A stretch of DNA of 64,000 nt, from NCBI GenBank assembly GCA_043228905.1, contig JBHGNT010000022.1, positions 6,448,001-6,512,000 on the forward strand, given 5' to 3'. Positions 38,994 through 50,233 of the stretch are shown piece by piece. The position numbers were made by a program, and so were the translations under genes. Numbering within the stretch: position 1 is the first letter of the stretch; each line of letters opens with the position of its first letter. Below the pieces are notes generated by a model that ran no database searches, was not told the origin of the DNA, and saw only the letters and a program-made list of their open reading frames with translations. The DNA is from Azolla caroliniana. Lineage: Eukaryota > Plantae > Polypodiophyta.

Positions 38994-39340
38994 GGTGGAA
39001 GTTTCCCATGAAGGACCTCGGTTCGGAAAGACACATTTTGGGGATGGCTTCGGAATCGATGACAGTTATTCCTATCTCAAGCCAACTATATTGGACGTGT
39101 CATAGAATGCTTTAACATGGAATTGGCCAAATCTGCTTGTACTCCCAATTAGCCTTTGGCTATCTTAGAATGATTGCCTAACATCCAGTTCGGAGGGGGA
39201 AACTATAAAGTCGGTACTATACACACCGGTTGTCGGCTCCTTGATGTATGCAATGGTTGCAACACGGCTGGACTTAGCCCATGATGTAGGAGTCGTCAAC
39301 AGATTCAGGCACAATCCCAACCGAGCGCAATGAGACTTTA
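38994..39340 (+). pseudogene. Old copia RT fragment
   Basis: Translates to FPMKDLG..HILGM and VVGSLMYAMVATRLDLAHDVGVVNRF. Confidence 0.75.
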
Positions 39341-39495
39341 GGCATAGTCGGTTATACCGCCTTGGACTTTGCCAACTGCTTAAATAGTTGGTGAAGGACT
39401 TATGTTCCGATATCAAGATCTCTTTTGAGTATTATCTCTTCATTGCACAAAAATGTTGTGTAGTTGCATTCAAGATTTGATTATGTGTTAGCAAC

Positions 39496-41580
39496 ATGAG
39501 ATTACACATAATGCAACAACAAGTTCTCAACAGTGATCTCAGTAACAATGGCCTCAATGTTCCAAGTAGTAAGGGTGCATCCAGAAGAAATGTGATCAGT
39601 TGGATGAAGAACTACTTCAAGCTTAACTGTGAAGTAATGCCAACTACTGGTAGGTTGCATCTCTCAGATAATTACACATGAAGAGAAGTATATGATGCCT
39701 ACAAGTCAGAAATGCGATCATAAAGTGATAAATATGTCACCTACAATCAGTTCACAAGATTCTAGTCAACATGATTCATTAACATTGTTATAGCTTGGAA
39801 AGTACGCATGGGGTATAATTGTTCTATTTGTGCAAACTTAAAGAGCGTGGCTAAAGGTGCCAAAACAACAAAGGAGAAGGACATCAATAAAAAGTTGTTA
39901 CAGGACCATCGAGATGCACAAGCATTGGAGCGGAAAAAAGCAATGCACCATCGAGAGAAGCCGTTGAAGAAACCGGGACAATACATGTGTCTAATGATTG
40001 CTAGTATAGACTAGAGAAGATGTGTCTACCTCACCTTAGGCGGCTTCAGAAATATGTCAATGACGAATGTCTCATTCAGATGCACTTGGTGGGTTGTATG
40101 GCTTATAATGGGACAATTAAACCCCACGTCTTCATTACTTACTTGAATGTCCACAAGGACCCCAACCTAACAGTTACTGTGCTTCAAAGGGTTTTGATGA
40201 AATGGGGTCACCCGTTACCACTTGTTCTCTACATTCAATTGGACAACATTGCTAGGGAAAACAAGAATTCAATTGTTTTTGGATATTTGAGTATGTTGGC
40301 GAAACAAGGAGTGTTTAGGAAAGTTAAAGTTAACTTCGTTCTGGTTGGTCACACACATGACCATAGTGACCAGGTGTTCAGTACATTCTCTAGACAGTTG
40401 TCTCGATATGATGCTTTCACATTACCGAAGTTATTTGACGTCATTTGTGATGTATATACACCACGTCCGAATGTGATCCACTTAAAGGAGATACACGACT
40501 TTAAGAGATACATTGCAGATGGCGGGGAGGGGAATGTGAAAGTGTTAGCCCAATTAAACAATATTAGCTTCAATCACATATTCTTGAAAAAGAAAAATGA
40601 TATAAGTGGTGGTATGCTATTGCATGCAAAGCAATATTCATCTTCCCCACAATGGGAGCCAGAAGGCGGTTGTCAGTTCTTGCTTCATATGCCATCTACT
40701 ACCATTTATGGTGCGAAAACAATGTTGGTTGAGACTAAAAAGGAAATGCACATTGAGTTGGTAGATGAGCAAAGGAACTTTTGGATGCAAGCCTTACAAG
40801 ACAAAAGGAAGCACATTGATAATGCACAGAAGTATGTTGCACCTCAAGATACCTCATGGTTAGTAATTCCTTCACTGGTAATTGGTCCTTGCAGATATCA
40901 TTTGCGTGGTTCGTACAACACCCACCTGGTTCTCAAACGTCACCTCATGCACCTAATGCAGATCGTGACAACTTGCTCCATCCACAACAGAGAGACATTT
41001 ATGTGGGAGCGAGGATGACAAAAGTAGCAGAAGCCCGTTGGCAAGGAAAATTCCAAGAAATGAAGGTTGGGATGTTAATTGCCACACTTGCAAATGACAA
41101 TGACCTAGGGCACCAATTCTGGATTGGTAAAGTACTAGACGTAGTGATGCATGAAAACCAAAACCAAATAAAGTCTACAAAGGTGCATTGGTACAACACT
41201 AAAAGTAAGAATGCATTTACAGGCAAGTACACATTGGAGATGATGGAATGCCCAACTTCAAGAGGAAATAGAAAGCGGAAAAGAAATATTCGTAACACAT
41301 AGACCCTTGACATGCAAGAGGTGGATATCATTGTGTACGACTTTACATTGACAAAAACTGGATGTTTAAGGAAGTCCACAATAGACATAATAAAAGAGAA
41401 ATTGCCAAGTCTACAAGGCTTCTCAGATTTGAAGACGAACCAGATCTTCTACACATGATTTGGAGTCACAACATTTGGTTTTAGATGAAGACAATGCTTT
41501 GATTGGTACATCTGATGAGGAAGAGGATGAGTCACCATTATATACTAGGCTCTATAGTAGTGATTCTTATGAGAGGAATA
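39496..41580 (+). pseudogene. Degenerate DDE transposase, Sola-like
   Basis: LYIQLDNIARENKN and FVLVGHTHDHSDQVFS motifs, upstream CSIC, multiple stops and frameshifts. Termini not identified. Confidence 0.7.
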
Positions 41581-42023
41581 ACTCTTGATTGTATTTTTGG
41601 CATGAACGATTAACAATATAAGCTTGTAAGAACTCGAATGATATAAAGCTTAATTGTTTTTAACTCAATTGCTCCTTCTAGATATTGTTTGTTATAAAAA
41701 AACATGAGTTGTTAATTTTATGTTAAAAAACATAACGTAAATTTGTGAAATTTGCCTAATTTTGTGAATTTTCAATTTTATGAAATGCTGAGATTTTAAG
41801 CTTTTCCATTGAGTCTTTGTGCACATGTGATGGTTAAAAAGGCCCTGAAATCAAACGGAATATTCCTTATCCTTCCAATTGTGCGCGATCCTTCCACTTT
41901 TGAACGCGAACGTGATTTCGTATCAATCTATATCTTCTATTCATTCTTTTTATTACAAATTTTTGTTGTATATACCCATTACAAGGGAGTGTCGAATACA
42001 GGAAAATAATGGACATATTCACA

Positions 42024-42297
42024 TTGTCCCATTGGCCACACTAGGTTTAGGCTATTTATGTAAATAGTGGAAAGGGTTGTTACCCTAGAAGTCAGTTGGT
42101 ATTTAAACTGACTTTTGCAACCTAGTTTGAGGGTTGTTGTTCATGTTGTACATTGTGACATTGTAACGTTGAGCAGAATAATATAGTGACATACTCTTGT
42201 GCCTAACTCTGTTGTCTTCTCTCTGCACTTGTTCTTTTGATCTTGTCCTAATTCAGTTGTTTGTCCTAGTATTCAATCTCTTATTACATTTGGTATA
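42024..42297 (+). repeat. Possible decayed copia LTR with PBS remnant
   Basis: ctatttatgtaaatag motif as in other LTRs of the window. Ends ttattaca followed by tt-tggtat. Confidence 0.4.
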
Positions 42298-43626
42298 AGT
42301 TGTCTACTTAAAGATCTTCATAAGAAGAGTATTGGTTTTCAGTATGTGTGTGGCGGAGTAATCTAGGGCCCAGTTTGGGCGAAAGCCTTGACTTCCACAT
42401 GAAGCGGTCAAGGTTGCCGAACAGCCGGCCACAAGTAATTCCAACATAGGAACTGACTTAAACAATCGAGCAGGTGCGCAAAGACCTGTAACCATTGGGT
42501 GCTTTGACGGGTTCCACTTCTGAAGGCCACTTTCAACACAAGAACACGTGGATCTAGCAACTCTAACCATAGATCATCCCCTCTCAAGAACTTGATAGAA
42601 TAAAAAAATAATGGAAAAGAACAATTCCATCTATCAATGACCCTTCAAATATTTGTTCCATCTCTCAAGAACTTGTGGAAGCATGAGGAAAGTCAAATGT
42701 AGTAGAAATATCAACCTTATCAACAAAAGTAATATGAACGAAACCTTATCGTACCCTATGGACGATTGATGGTGTTATGAATATCTATACAAAATAGCAT
42801 ATATATATATACTGATAATCATAGAAAAGGTTATATGGAGTCTCAAATCCATGACCTTCATTATAATATATCCATGCTTTAACCAATAGGTTAGTATTTT
42901 ATATATCTGTTTTTATAGATAATGTTGTATATACATAATATAGGTTAGTAATATACATAATATTATGAGATGTTTACCACCTCACATAGGCTAATTCGTG
43001 CTCACCAAATAGCATGATTGCATGAATGCCAAGTGGAGATCATGCATGGATGGCAGGTGGCGAGCATGCATGGGTCCAACCATTCATTATATGCAAGCAT
43101 GTATTGTCACTTTGACCTTTATTGTCGACATTAAACCAAATAGTTATCTAGTCATATGAATCTAACCAAATGTGAAACACCATAGCAATGCAGCAGTCAT
43201 GTAAATGAAGTTACGATATGAGCATTAGGATAGGAACGCATTTAGTTTATGAGATACTTCTATGAGAACATCTTTTTGAAAGTAACAACCTAATAACTAA
43301 GAGAATGTTACCAATCAACAAAATTGGGTGTTCAAATACGTAGGAGAGCGTATGAAAGTTATTAAACATGCTATGAAAGTTCTACTAGACGACACTTCTA
43401 TGTTGAATTTCATATGGGAAAATAAAGTGTTTCTACTACATTCAGGGAGTGATCACCAACCCATAAATTTCAATCATAGACATCTATCACAACCATGCCC
43501 ACACATTCAAGGGGGGCACCCATGCTTTTAGGTAGGCATTATTGGTATTTTATTTACATTCTAAAATCTTAAAGATCTTTTATGAAAAACTATAATAAAG
43601 GTAGACTTGAATTCCTAGAAATCGGT

Positions 43627-43760
43627 AGACTTAATTGGCTTAACCGGTTTGGCCTTGTCCAAACCGGTTTTGGAGTTTCCAAACCTGAACTGAACCGATT
43701 CCTAAACCGGTTTATGCTAACCAGTTTGGACAAACCGGTTTTGCAAAGCCAATTAAGTCT
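43627..43760. repeat. Fold-back (MITE-like) inverted repeat rich in aaccggtt
   Basis: agacttaattggctt / aagccaattaagtct perfect arms, with inner tgtccaaaccggtt / aaccagtttggaca. Confidence 0.65.
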
Positions 43761-44982
43761 TGACTCTTAACCAGCTTGGAAACGAGTTTGGCCCAAAACA
43801 TTTATTTCAGTTCGGCTCAAGCCATCTTAAACCGAGCTCAAACCAAACAGCCAAACCATTTAAAAACGGTTTTTATCGGTTCCGTTTAAGCTTGAGTGGA
43901 GCCTAAGTTTGAGTGGAGCCGGAGCCTTCTGCCAATTCCTATTTCAAAGGAATAGTGCATTCTGGAAAGTGGTTTTGATATCACACGAATATTTGCAATA
44001 GAGGAAAAAAGCAAATCAAATTGAAATGCATGTTTGAAGGAAATGATAACCTGCTCTCTACATACAAGGCACTAAGAACGCAACTTTTGCCTTCTTCTTC
44101 GACATTTGCCTGGTGAAGGGGTGTGTTTAAAAAAATGTGTTTCCTAAGGGGAAATTAGACAGTATTAACTTCACCAAATGGAATGACTTTGGTATACATA
44201 AAATTCCTATCACACAAGAGAGAACCAATATGAAAATTGCAACAAATTCTTGTTAAGATACAAAAGAGAATGTAAAACAATGGGTAAACCAGTTCAGTTA
44301 TAAACACAACCAGACACCTCGGGGTGAACCCCAGATATTGAGCCACAATTGTTCTTACCATTTCTAATCTTTATACACCATGTGTATCAACGGAATTCAC
44401 AACATTAAATACACAGCAAGTTCAACGAAACAGGAAAAACAATTGAAGTGAAGAATTGGTCTTTAAAAGTCTGTTTTCTTGTTTTTTATATGAAGCTATA
44501 ATTGGAACAGAACATAAAACGAAACAGCAACAGAAGTATACATCAGCGGCATCATTCCAAACAAACAGTTTCGTGAAGCAGAAAAAGAATCAGCAAACAG
44601 ATTGTAAAAGACTAATTTATTGTTTATAGATTCAGAAAAAAGAGGAACATACTGAGATCAATCCAGAATAATAAAGCTTTTCAAGTCCATAGTACCATAA
44701 GCTTCATCCTTGTGATCAAGAACAACGTAAATCCGCCATCAAGATTTGACACAAAATTGTCAGCATGAAAACACGGGGCTTCCCTTAAATAAGGTTAAGA
44801 AACTTATTCCAGAAATTTCAAACAATACCTCCTCCCTTGATATTACATCAAATAGTTTCCTTTTTCAAGCATTTTCTAACAGGATAGCATATAATATACC
44901 ACTAAGGATATACAAAGAAAGGGAACAGCAAAAACAGCAAGCGTGGCCAGGCATCAGAGGACACGTATTTTCTGTGAGATGC

Positions 44983-45420
44983 TCAGATCTTGTCGATGTC
45001 CTCATCCTCAAACTCGAGGTAGTCATCGGCGCCTCCTTCGTCCTCTTCGTCCATGCCTCCAGCAATACCCTCGTTGAGCCTGACGTTATCCGGGAGCTCA
45101 CCGTAGGCTTTCAGGAGGCGAGCCTCGTCAGGCATGTACTTGAGGATGACGTCCGCCTTGTCGTCCTGGTAGTCTCGGAGGCCGACCAGGACGATGTCGC
45201 CTGATGCGATCCACACCTTCTTGTGCATCTTCCCACGGATGTGGCACAGCCGCTTGGTGCCATCGATGCACAACGCCTCGCACCGTCCGTTCCCCAGCAT
45301 CCTCAGCACCTGGGCGTACTCCTGCCCATCCTCCTTGAACACGAGCTCCCGCTTCTCGTCATCTGCTTCGTTCTTTCCACGCTTCCTGTTCTTCCCTCCC
45401 TTACCTTTGTTCTTCGGCAT
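44983..45420 (-). CDS. eIF1A: Eukaryotic translation initiation factor 1A
   Basis: [65 protein letters not shown] plus acidic tail. Complete and intronless in the CDS. Confidence 0.98.
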   Translation of the reverse strand: MPKNKGKGGKNRKRGKNEADDEKRELVFKEDGQEYAQVLRMLGNGRCEALCIDGTKRLCHIRGKMHKKVWIASGDIVLVGLRDYQDDKADVILKYMPDEARLLKAYGELPDNVRLNEGIAGGMDEEDEGGADDYLEFEDEDIDKI

Positions 45421-45479
45421 GCCTTCTTGCTGCCCGCACCGATCTCTCCTCTACCGCTCGATCCTGCTCTCTGTGTCTG

Positions 45480-45483
45480 TCTG

Positions 45484-45520
<37 letters not shown>

Positions 45521-45758
45521 TTTTCCTCTGTGTCGCAGTGTCTGTGTGCAAGCACAGCCGAAACCCTAGAGCCTGCGTCGTCTGCGTCTGGCTTTTACTC
45601 GTACCCCTCTCTCTCTCTCTTTCGTTCTTTCGTTCTTTCTTTCTTTCTCTCGTTGTGTGTGTCTTTCGTATGGTATGTACATACATATGTGGTCGCCCAT
45701 TTTTAAGTGAGGGGAACCCACCGCCCTCAACACCAACAATGTGTGTGTGGGGGGGGGG

Positions 45759-45800
<42 letters not shown>

Positions 45801-45850
45801 AAGAAAGAAAGAAATATATATTAACGTCTTCTAAGGCCAAATTTGGCCCA
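45480..45850 (-). promoter_or_regulatory. Putative eIF1A 5' UTR and promoter with telo-box, site II element and GA/CT microsatellites
   Basis: aaaccctag at 45561-45569, ggccca at 45845-45850, and (CT)n/(GA)n tracts. Telo-box plus site II is typical of plant translation-machinery genes. Confidence 0.5.
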
Positions 45851-46289
45851 TGAGACAAATTGGTTTACTAACAAAATGGGGTATTTACCCAACCATCACA
45901 CCTAAAAATAAAATAGCATTTAAGCTAAAATAGTTCTCGTACTGTACAAAACGTGGTATATTCGATAAAGGAAATGACTTTGCACTAGGCCTAATTTCAT
46001 TTCTACCTAAGCCTCTAGAAAAGAAGTGGGAGGTCAAAGGGTTTCGGTGTGGGTGTGACCCGTGGTCCCGGTGTAGAGAGTGCCCCAGCCATGGCTTCTA
46101 GGCGGTGTCGCTAATGTTCCGTTATTTTCTTAATTGCTTCTACACCACGTCGAGTTGCTTTCAAACTCGGTATCCAAGGGCGTTTGGTTCTTCTTTGGTT
46201 TTCTGCTTCATCAAGTAAGAGGCCGAGTGGTGCAGGTGTGTCGACATTCGTTGTCTCCCCCTGTCCCTGAAAAACTTCATTTGTTACAT

Positions 46290-46474
46290 GTTGGTGAATA
46301 TTAGAAACATTACTGTCAACATTTTGTAGCTTATTCTCTCTGTGTTGTTTTAGCGCTAGGATGTATTTGCCTAATTTCTTTATATCTAGAGTTTCTAATA
46401 GTTTGGGGAGGGTGGGAGAGGAACCAAGTGTGTCTTGGTATTTTGCCCTTATCTCGGCATAAGTTGGACACTTG
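46290..46474 (-). pseudogene. LINE ORF2 C-terminal remnant (left part, split by E4)
   Basis: Joined across TSD acttg it reads EDEYHFTCKCPTYAEIRAKY, a non-LTR C-terminal cysteine-rich motif. Confidence 0.65.
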
Positions 46475-46866
46475 TGTTGTCTGCCTGGCCGGACTAGCCT
46501 CAACACAGGTGTCTATCCGACACTTCTCCAAAGGGGTGGTAAGGATTGGATGCTAGGTTACACGCGTAAGATAATTACGATTAAGCACAGACGGTAAACA
46601 ATACGAAGATACAGATAAACACGCAATAATTACTACTGTATTCCTTCCGTCCAACCCTTTACAATTCATCGGATCCTTTTATAGGCATCCGGCAAGGTTA
46701 CAATCGGTGCGCTTAGGCAACCGACATCTGAATCGGTCCGGATCCGGATCGGTACAACTGTACCGGATCCGTCCCTCCGAATAATAATTCTACTACTATT
46801 TACTTCCTATTATCCGATCCGACTCCGCCTTCCCACTTGTCCTTGCTCTTCTGACCGGCCAACACA

Positions 46867-46906
46867 TGGCACGCCCGTGGGAAAGTGCCTTGCACTTCGA
46901 ATCCAC
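46867..46906 (-). other. tRNA-Arg-like 3'-end motif at the PPT position of E4
   Basis: Element sense: gtggattcga-agtgcaaggcactt-tcccacgggcgtgcca, then tg, then the 3' LTR tgttggcc. Confidence 0.85.
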
Positions 46907-46914
46907 TCCCGGCC

Positions 46915-49827
46915 TCATTCTTCCTCCAAAATATCGAGCACACTCTGCTCGATGGTGTCAAGTGGTGCTTCTTCCTCCTGTTCCTGTTCCTTGCCTGCCT
47001 GGTCTCCGACCTCCGGTTGGGTGGGTTGTTCCGTAAAAATTTGTTGCTCCAGCTCTGCTTGATTCTGTGGTGCCGGTGCTTCCTCACCGCTTCGTCCGGG
47101 TTCTTCCTGTTCTCCCTCTGTTCCAGACTCTGTTCTGTTACCAGTGTCACTTTCTCCGGTCTCGACTAGTTGGCTCGGTACGCCTTCTTCCTCTGCTCTG
47201 GTGTCTTCCGGTCTCAGCTCTTCTTCTTCTCCGGCATCGGTCTGCTCCTGCTCTTCTTCTTCTCCTTCGAACGGAAGTTCTTCTTCGGGTATTCCTCGTC
47301 GGGGTTGTTCGGTGTCGGTTGGTTCAACTTCAGCCGGTCGCTCTCCCTCACTTATAGTGATTGGCGTCGTTCTTCCCTTAGCTTCCTGTCGTAACCGGTC
47401 CTGCTCGTATCTCTCCAACTCCAACTGAGTTGCGAGCTGCCCGTCATCCAACCTCTCTACCAACCCTCGGATTTCTTTGAGATGTTCTTCCGCTAAAGTG
47501 TAGAAATCCTCCGACAATTCTTCCCGAATGGCGACGATACTTTCTTCATCCATCTTGTAGAACTTGTCACCGGTCTTCCTCCGATTCTCGGCATCCGCTC
47601 GGAGTGTCTGCAGCTCGGCTGCCTGTTGTGACCACTCCTTCCATAGCTTTTCCGTACTTTCGTTGATGCTTGCTTGAGCTCGGGTACTCCATCTTGACAT
47701 GATGAGCTTGATCCGGTCAACCCCCGCCTTAGCATGCGCATAAGCTTCTTGCTTTTCCTTCCTTGCCCGTTTTATAATGTCGGCCATTATCTGAGCCTGG
47801 GCCTCGTAATCCGTTTTCTGCTTTTCATAGGTACTTTGCAGTTTGCTGATCATGAAGGTCGATTTTTCCTTTTCTTCATTCCTGATCTTGGTCAGATCCA
47901 GCTTTTCCCGCCTTAGCACCTCTAATTCCTTCCTTCTCTTCGTCGCTTGGGCTATTTCCGCCGACAATGCTTCCTTGTTGGCACTGACATCGTCTATTGC
48001 CTTAGCCAGGTCTAACCGGGTCTCTTTGAGCTGTTCTTTCAGCTTCTCTATTTGCCGGTCGTAGTCTGTTGCCCGTTTCTTGTTGTCCGACTCGGCCTGC
48101 TGTTGATCTCGGTAGAGACGGTCGAAGTCCTCCGTCTTCTGCTTCAGGCGTCGGTTTGCCTGAGCTCTTAACCGATCGTCCTGGTCCTTCTGTTGTCGGA
48201 GTTCTTCCTGCAGTCGTTCTATCTCCTGCTCGGCATGTCGACGCAGTCGGTCCTTCTCCTTTTGCAGCTTCTCTTTTTCTTCTTGCAGTCGGTCATTAGT
48301 GGCTCGACCTTTCCGGAGGCCTTCTTCCATTTTTCGTCTGTCGTCCTCCACCGCTTTCCGCTGCTCCCTTTCTCTTTCCCTTAATGCCTCCTGAGCTTTT
48401 AACTCCTCTCGTAAGGTTTCTATTATTTTTTCGGTCTCAGGGCCGGTTTGCAAGGCTACCGGTTCCGGTTCCGGTTCTGGTTGCTTCCTTGTTGTCCCGA
48501 CCGGCTCGGTGACAACTTGTGCTTGTTGAATTCCTTCCCTTGCCTGCAACAGCTCCCCTTGCATTTCCTCGATCTGTGTTCGGAGCGTGACCAACTCCTG
48601 AGTTGTTGTATGCGTCAGCTGTTGCCTACACGTTTCTTCTTTCTCTAACTGGTCCGCTACTCCCGATAACTGCTCCGAAAGCCATCTCAGCCATTGTGGC
48701 TTTGTTCTTCCTGCGTCGGGGTGGCCTTGCTCACTTCTCTCAAGCTGTTTTTCCGGCCTTTTCTCTGGCTCCGGCGCTTGTTCATTCTTCTTCTCTGGGA
48801 TGATCGGTTCTCTGAAGTCTGGCACAACCGGTGTCGGTGCTGCTTCCCTCGGTACGGGTTCCGGTACTGTTTCCGCCTCGGCTACTGGAGGTGGTCCTTG
48901 CGCCCTCTGCTGAGTTTTGTCAACTGGTGGAGCCGGTCCTTTCGCCCGTCTCTCCCCACCTTGTCTTGCTGGGAGTCTTACCAGTGGTTCGGATGAGTCT
49001 TATGTTTCAGCTTCCTCCTCCAGTGCGGTTACCAGACGGACCTTTTGTATAAAGACCTCTAGTTCCAGTTCCGGCCGTCGCAGCGTTATATGGATTGGTT
49101 TACGCGCTACCGGTTCCTCCTCGGCCGATTTCCCTTTGCCTTTACCTGCCGGTTTTGCCTTTGTTGCCGGTTCCTGTTGCTGTCGGGATGGTCCTTCCCC
49201 CCGTTGTTCTGCTTCTTGTTGGGTCCATCCGGGGGTGTGTTTCTCCAGGATCTGTCGGCGCTTTGTGACCTTTTTCGGCGTCGTCTCCTGCCGACCTCTT
49301 TTCTTTTGTGTGATGGGGAGCACCGGTGGGACTAACACCGTTAGCCATTGTGCTATCCCGGCCCATGGCTTTTTTCCTTCCCCAAGATTCTTGATGGCCT
49401 CCTTCAATCCTTCGGTTATGAAATGGAGCCAGTCTACTTGTAATCCTTCGTATGCTGCTATTAAGAACGTTGCCCGGTACTTGGCTATGGCCGGGGGATG
49501 AGGATTCACGAATCCGTATTCCATCATGGCGCAGGCCACTTCTCCGAACAACAGGTTCTCTTCGCCCTGTGTTCGGTACGCCTTGCTGTTGATAGAGTAC
49601 TCACCGAAATATTCGAACAGGATTTCGCTTGAAGGGTTTTCGATTGTTTGAAGCCCTCCTGCTTTTATCCCCGTGAGCGCCTGCACCGCTCCTTCCGTGA
49701 CTTCTGATAAATCGATCGATGTTGCCGCCTGCTCTGGTTCTGCGTGTGGTGGAGCGTCGACGATCCGCAGCAATCCTTTTAACCCGTTCTCCCTCATCCA
49801 TTGGTGTGCCTCTTCCGACAGTACCAT
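46915..49827 (-). pseudogene. E4 extra sense ORF (about 950 codons; one stop and one frameshift near 49000-48825)
   Basis: ORFs 49000-49827 and 46915-48825. Long coiled coil, ending VLDILEEE. Confidence 0.82.
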
Positions 49828-50233
49828 TGTTTCGAATTCTTCTTCTGCTGCCTGTTGTTCGGGATCGGGCTGTGTGTGCTCTGTGCGTCGGATCTCTCTT
49901 TTGTGCTTCTGCGCCTGTATGTAGGAAAATTCGTAAAAAGTGAGTCCTTCGCAGGCCTATGTCTTATATAGTGGCTTTTGCCTCGAGTTGCCCTTTTTCG
50001 TTTCCCGCGCATGTTCCTCTCCCGCCATAATTAGTATGTCCTTTCTTGTTTGCCGCGTGTGAGTGCCCACGTTCCATGCTTTAAATAGCAAGTACGCGCA
50101 CGTCCTTCTTTAATGCATGGTGCCTCTTCGTTGCATGGTGGCGCTCCCACCTCTTGTGATCTCCCCATCATTACTATGATTCGCGTCGATTTTTTTTTAT
50201 TTTTTATTTTTTTCTTTCTTTGTTTGGACCACG

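Noticed and set aside
45194-45834. Plus-strand ORFs of 170 and 203 aa overlapping eIF1A
   Set aside because: Antisense shadow of eIF1A running into microsatellites.
46867-46906. tRNA gene or SINE call for the tRNA-like motifs
   Set aside because: Only the 3' ~30 nt is present, with no D or anticodon arm and no A box. CCA is encoded and the position is fixed relative to the LTRs.
46910-46930. Purine run ggaggaagaatgagg (and ggaagaggaatagaa at about 32681) as the PPT
   Set aside because: They encode the EEE-stop of the extra ORF and lie about 45-115 nt from the LTR edge. A PPT must nearly abut the LTR.
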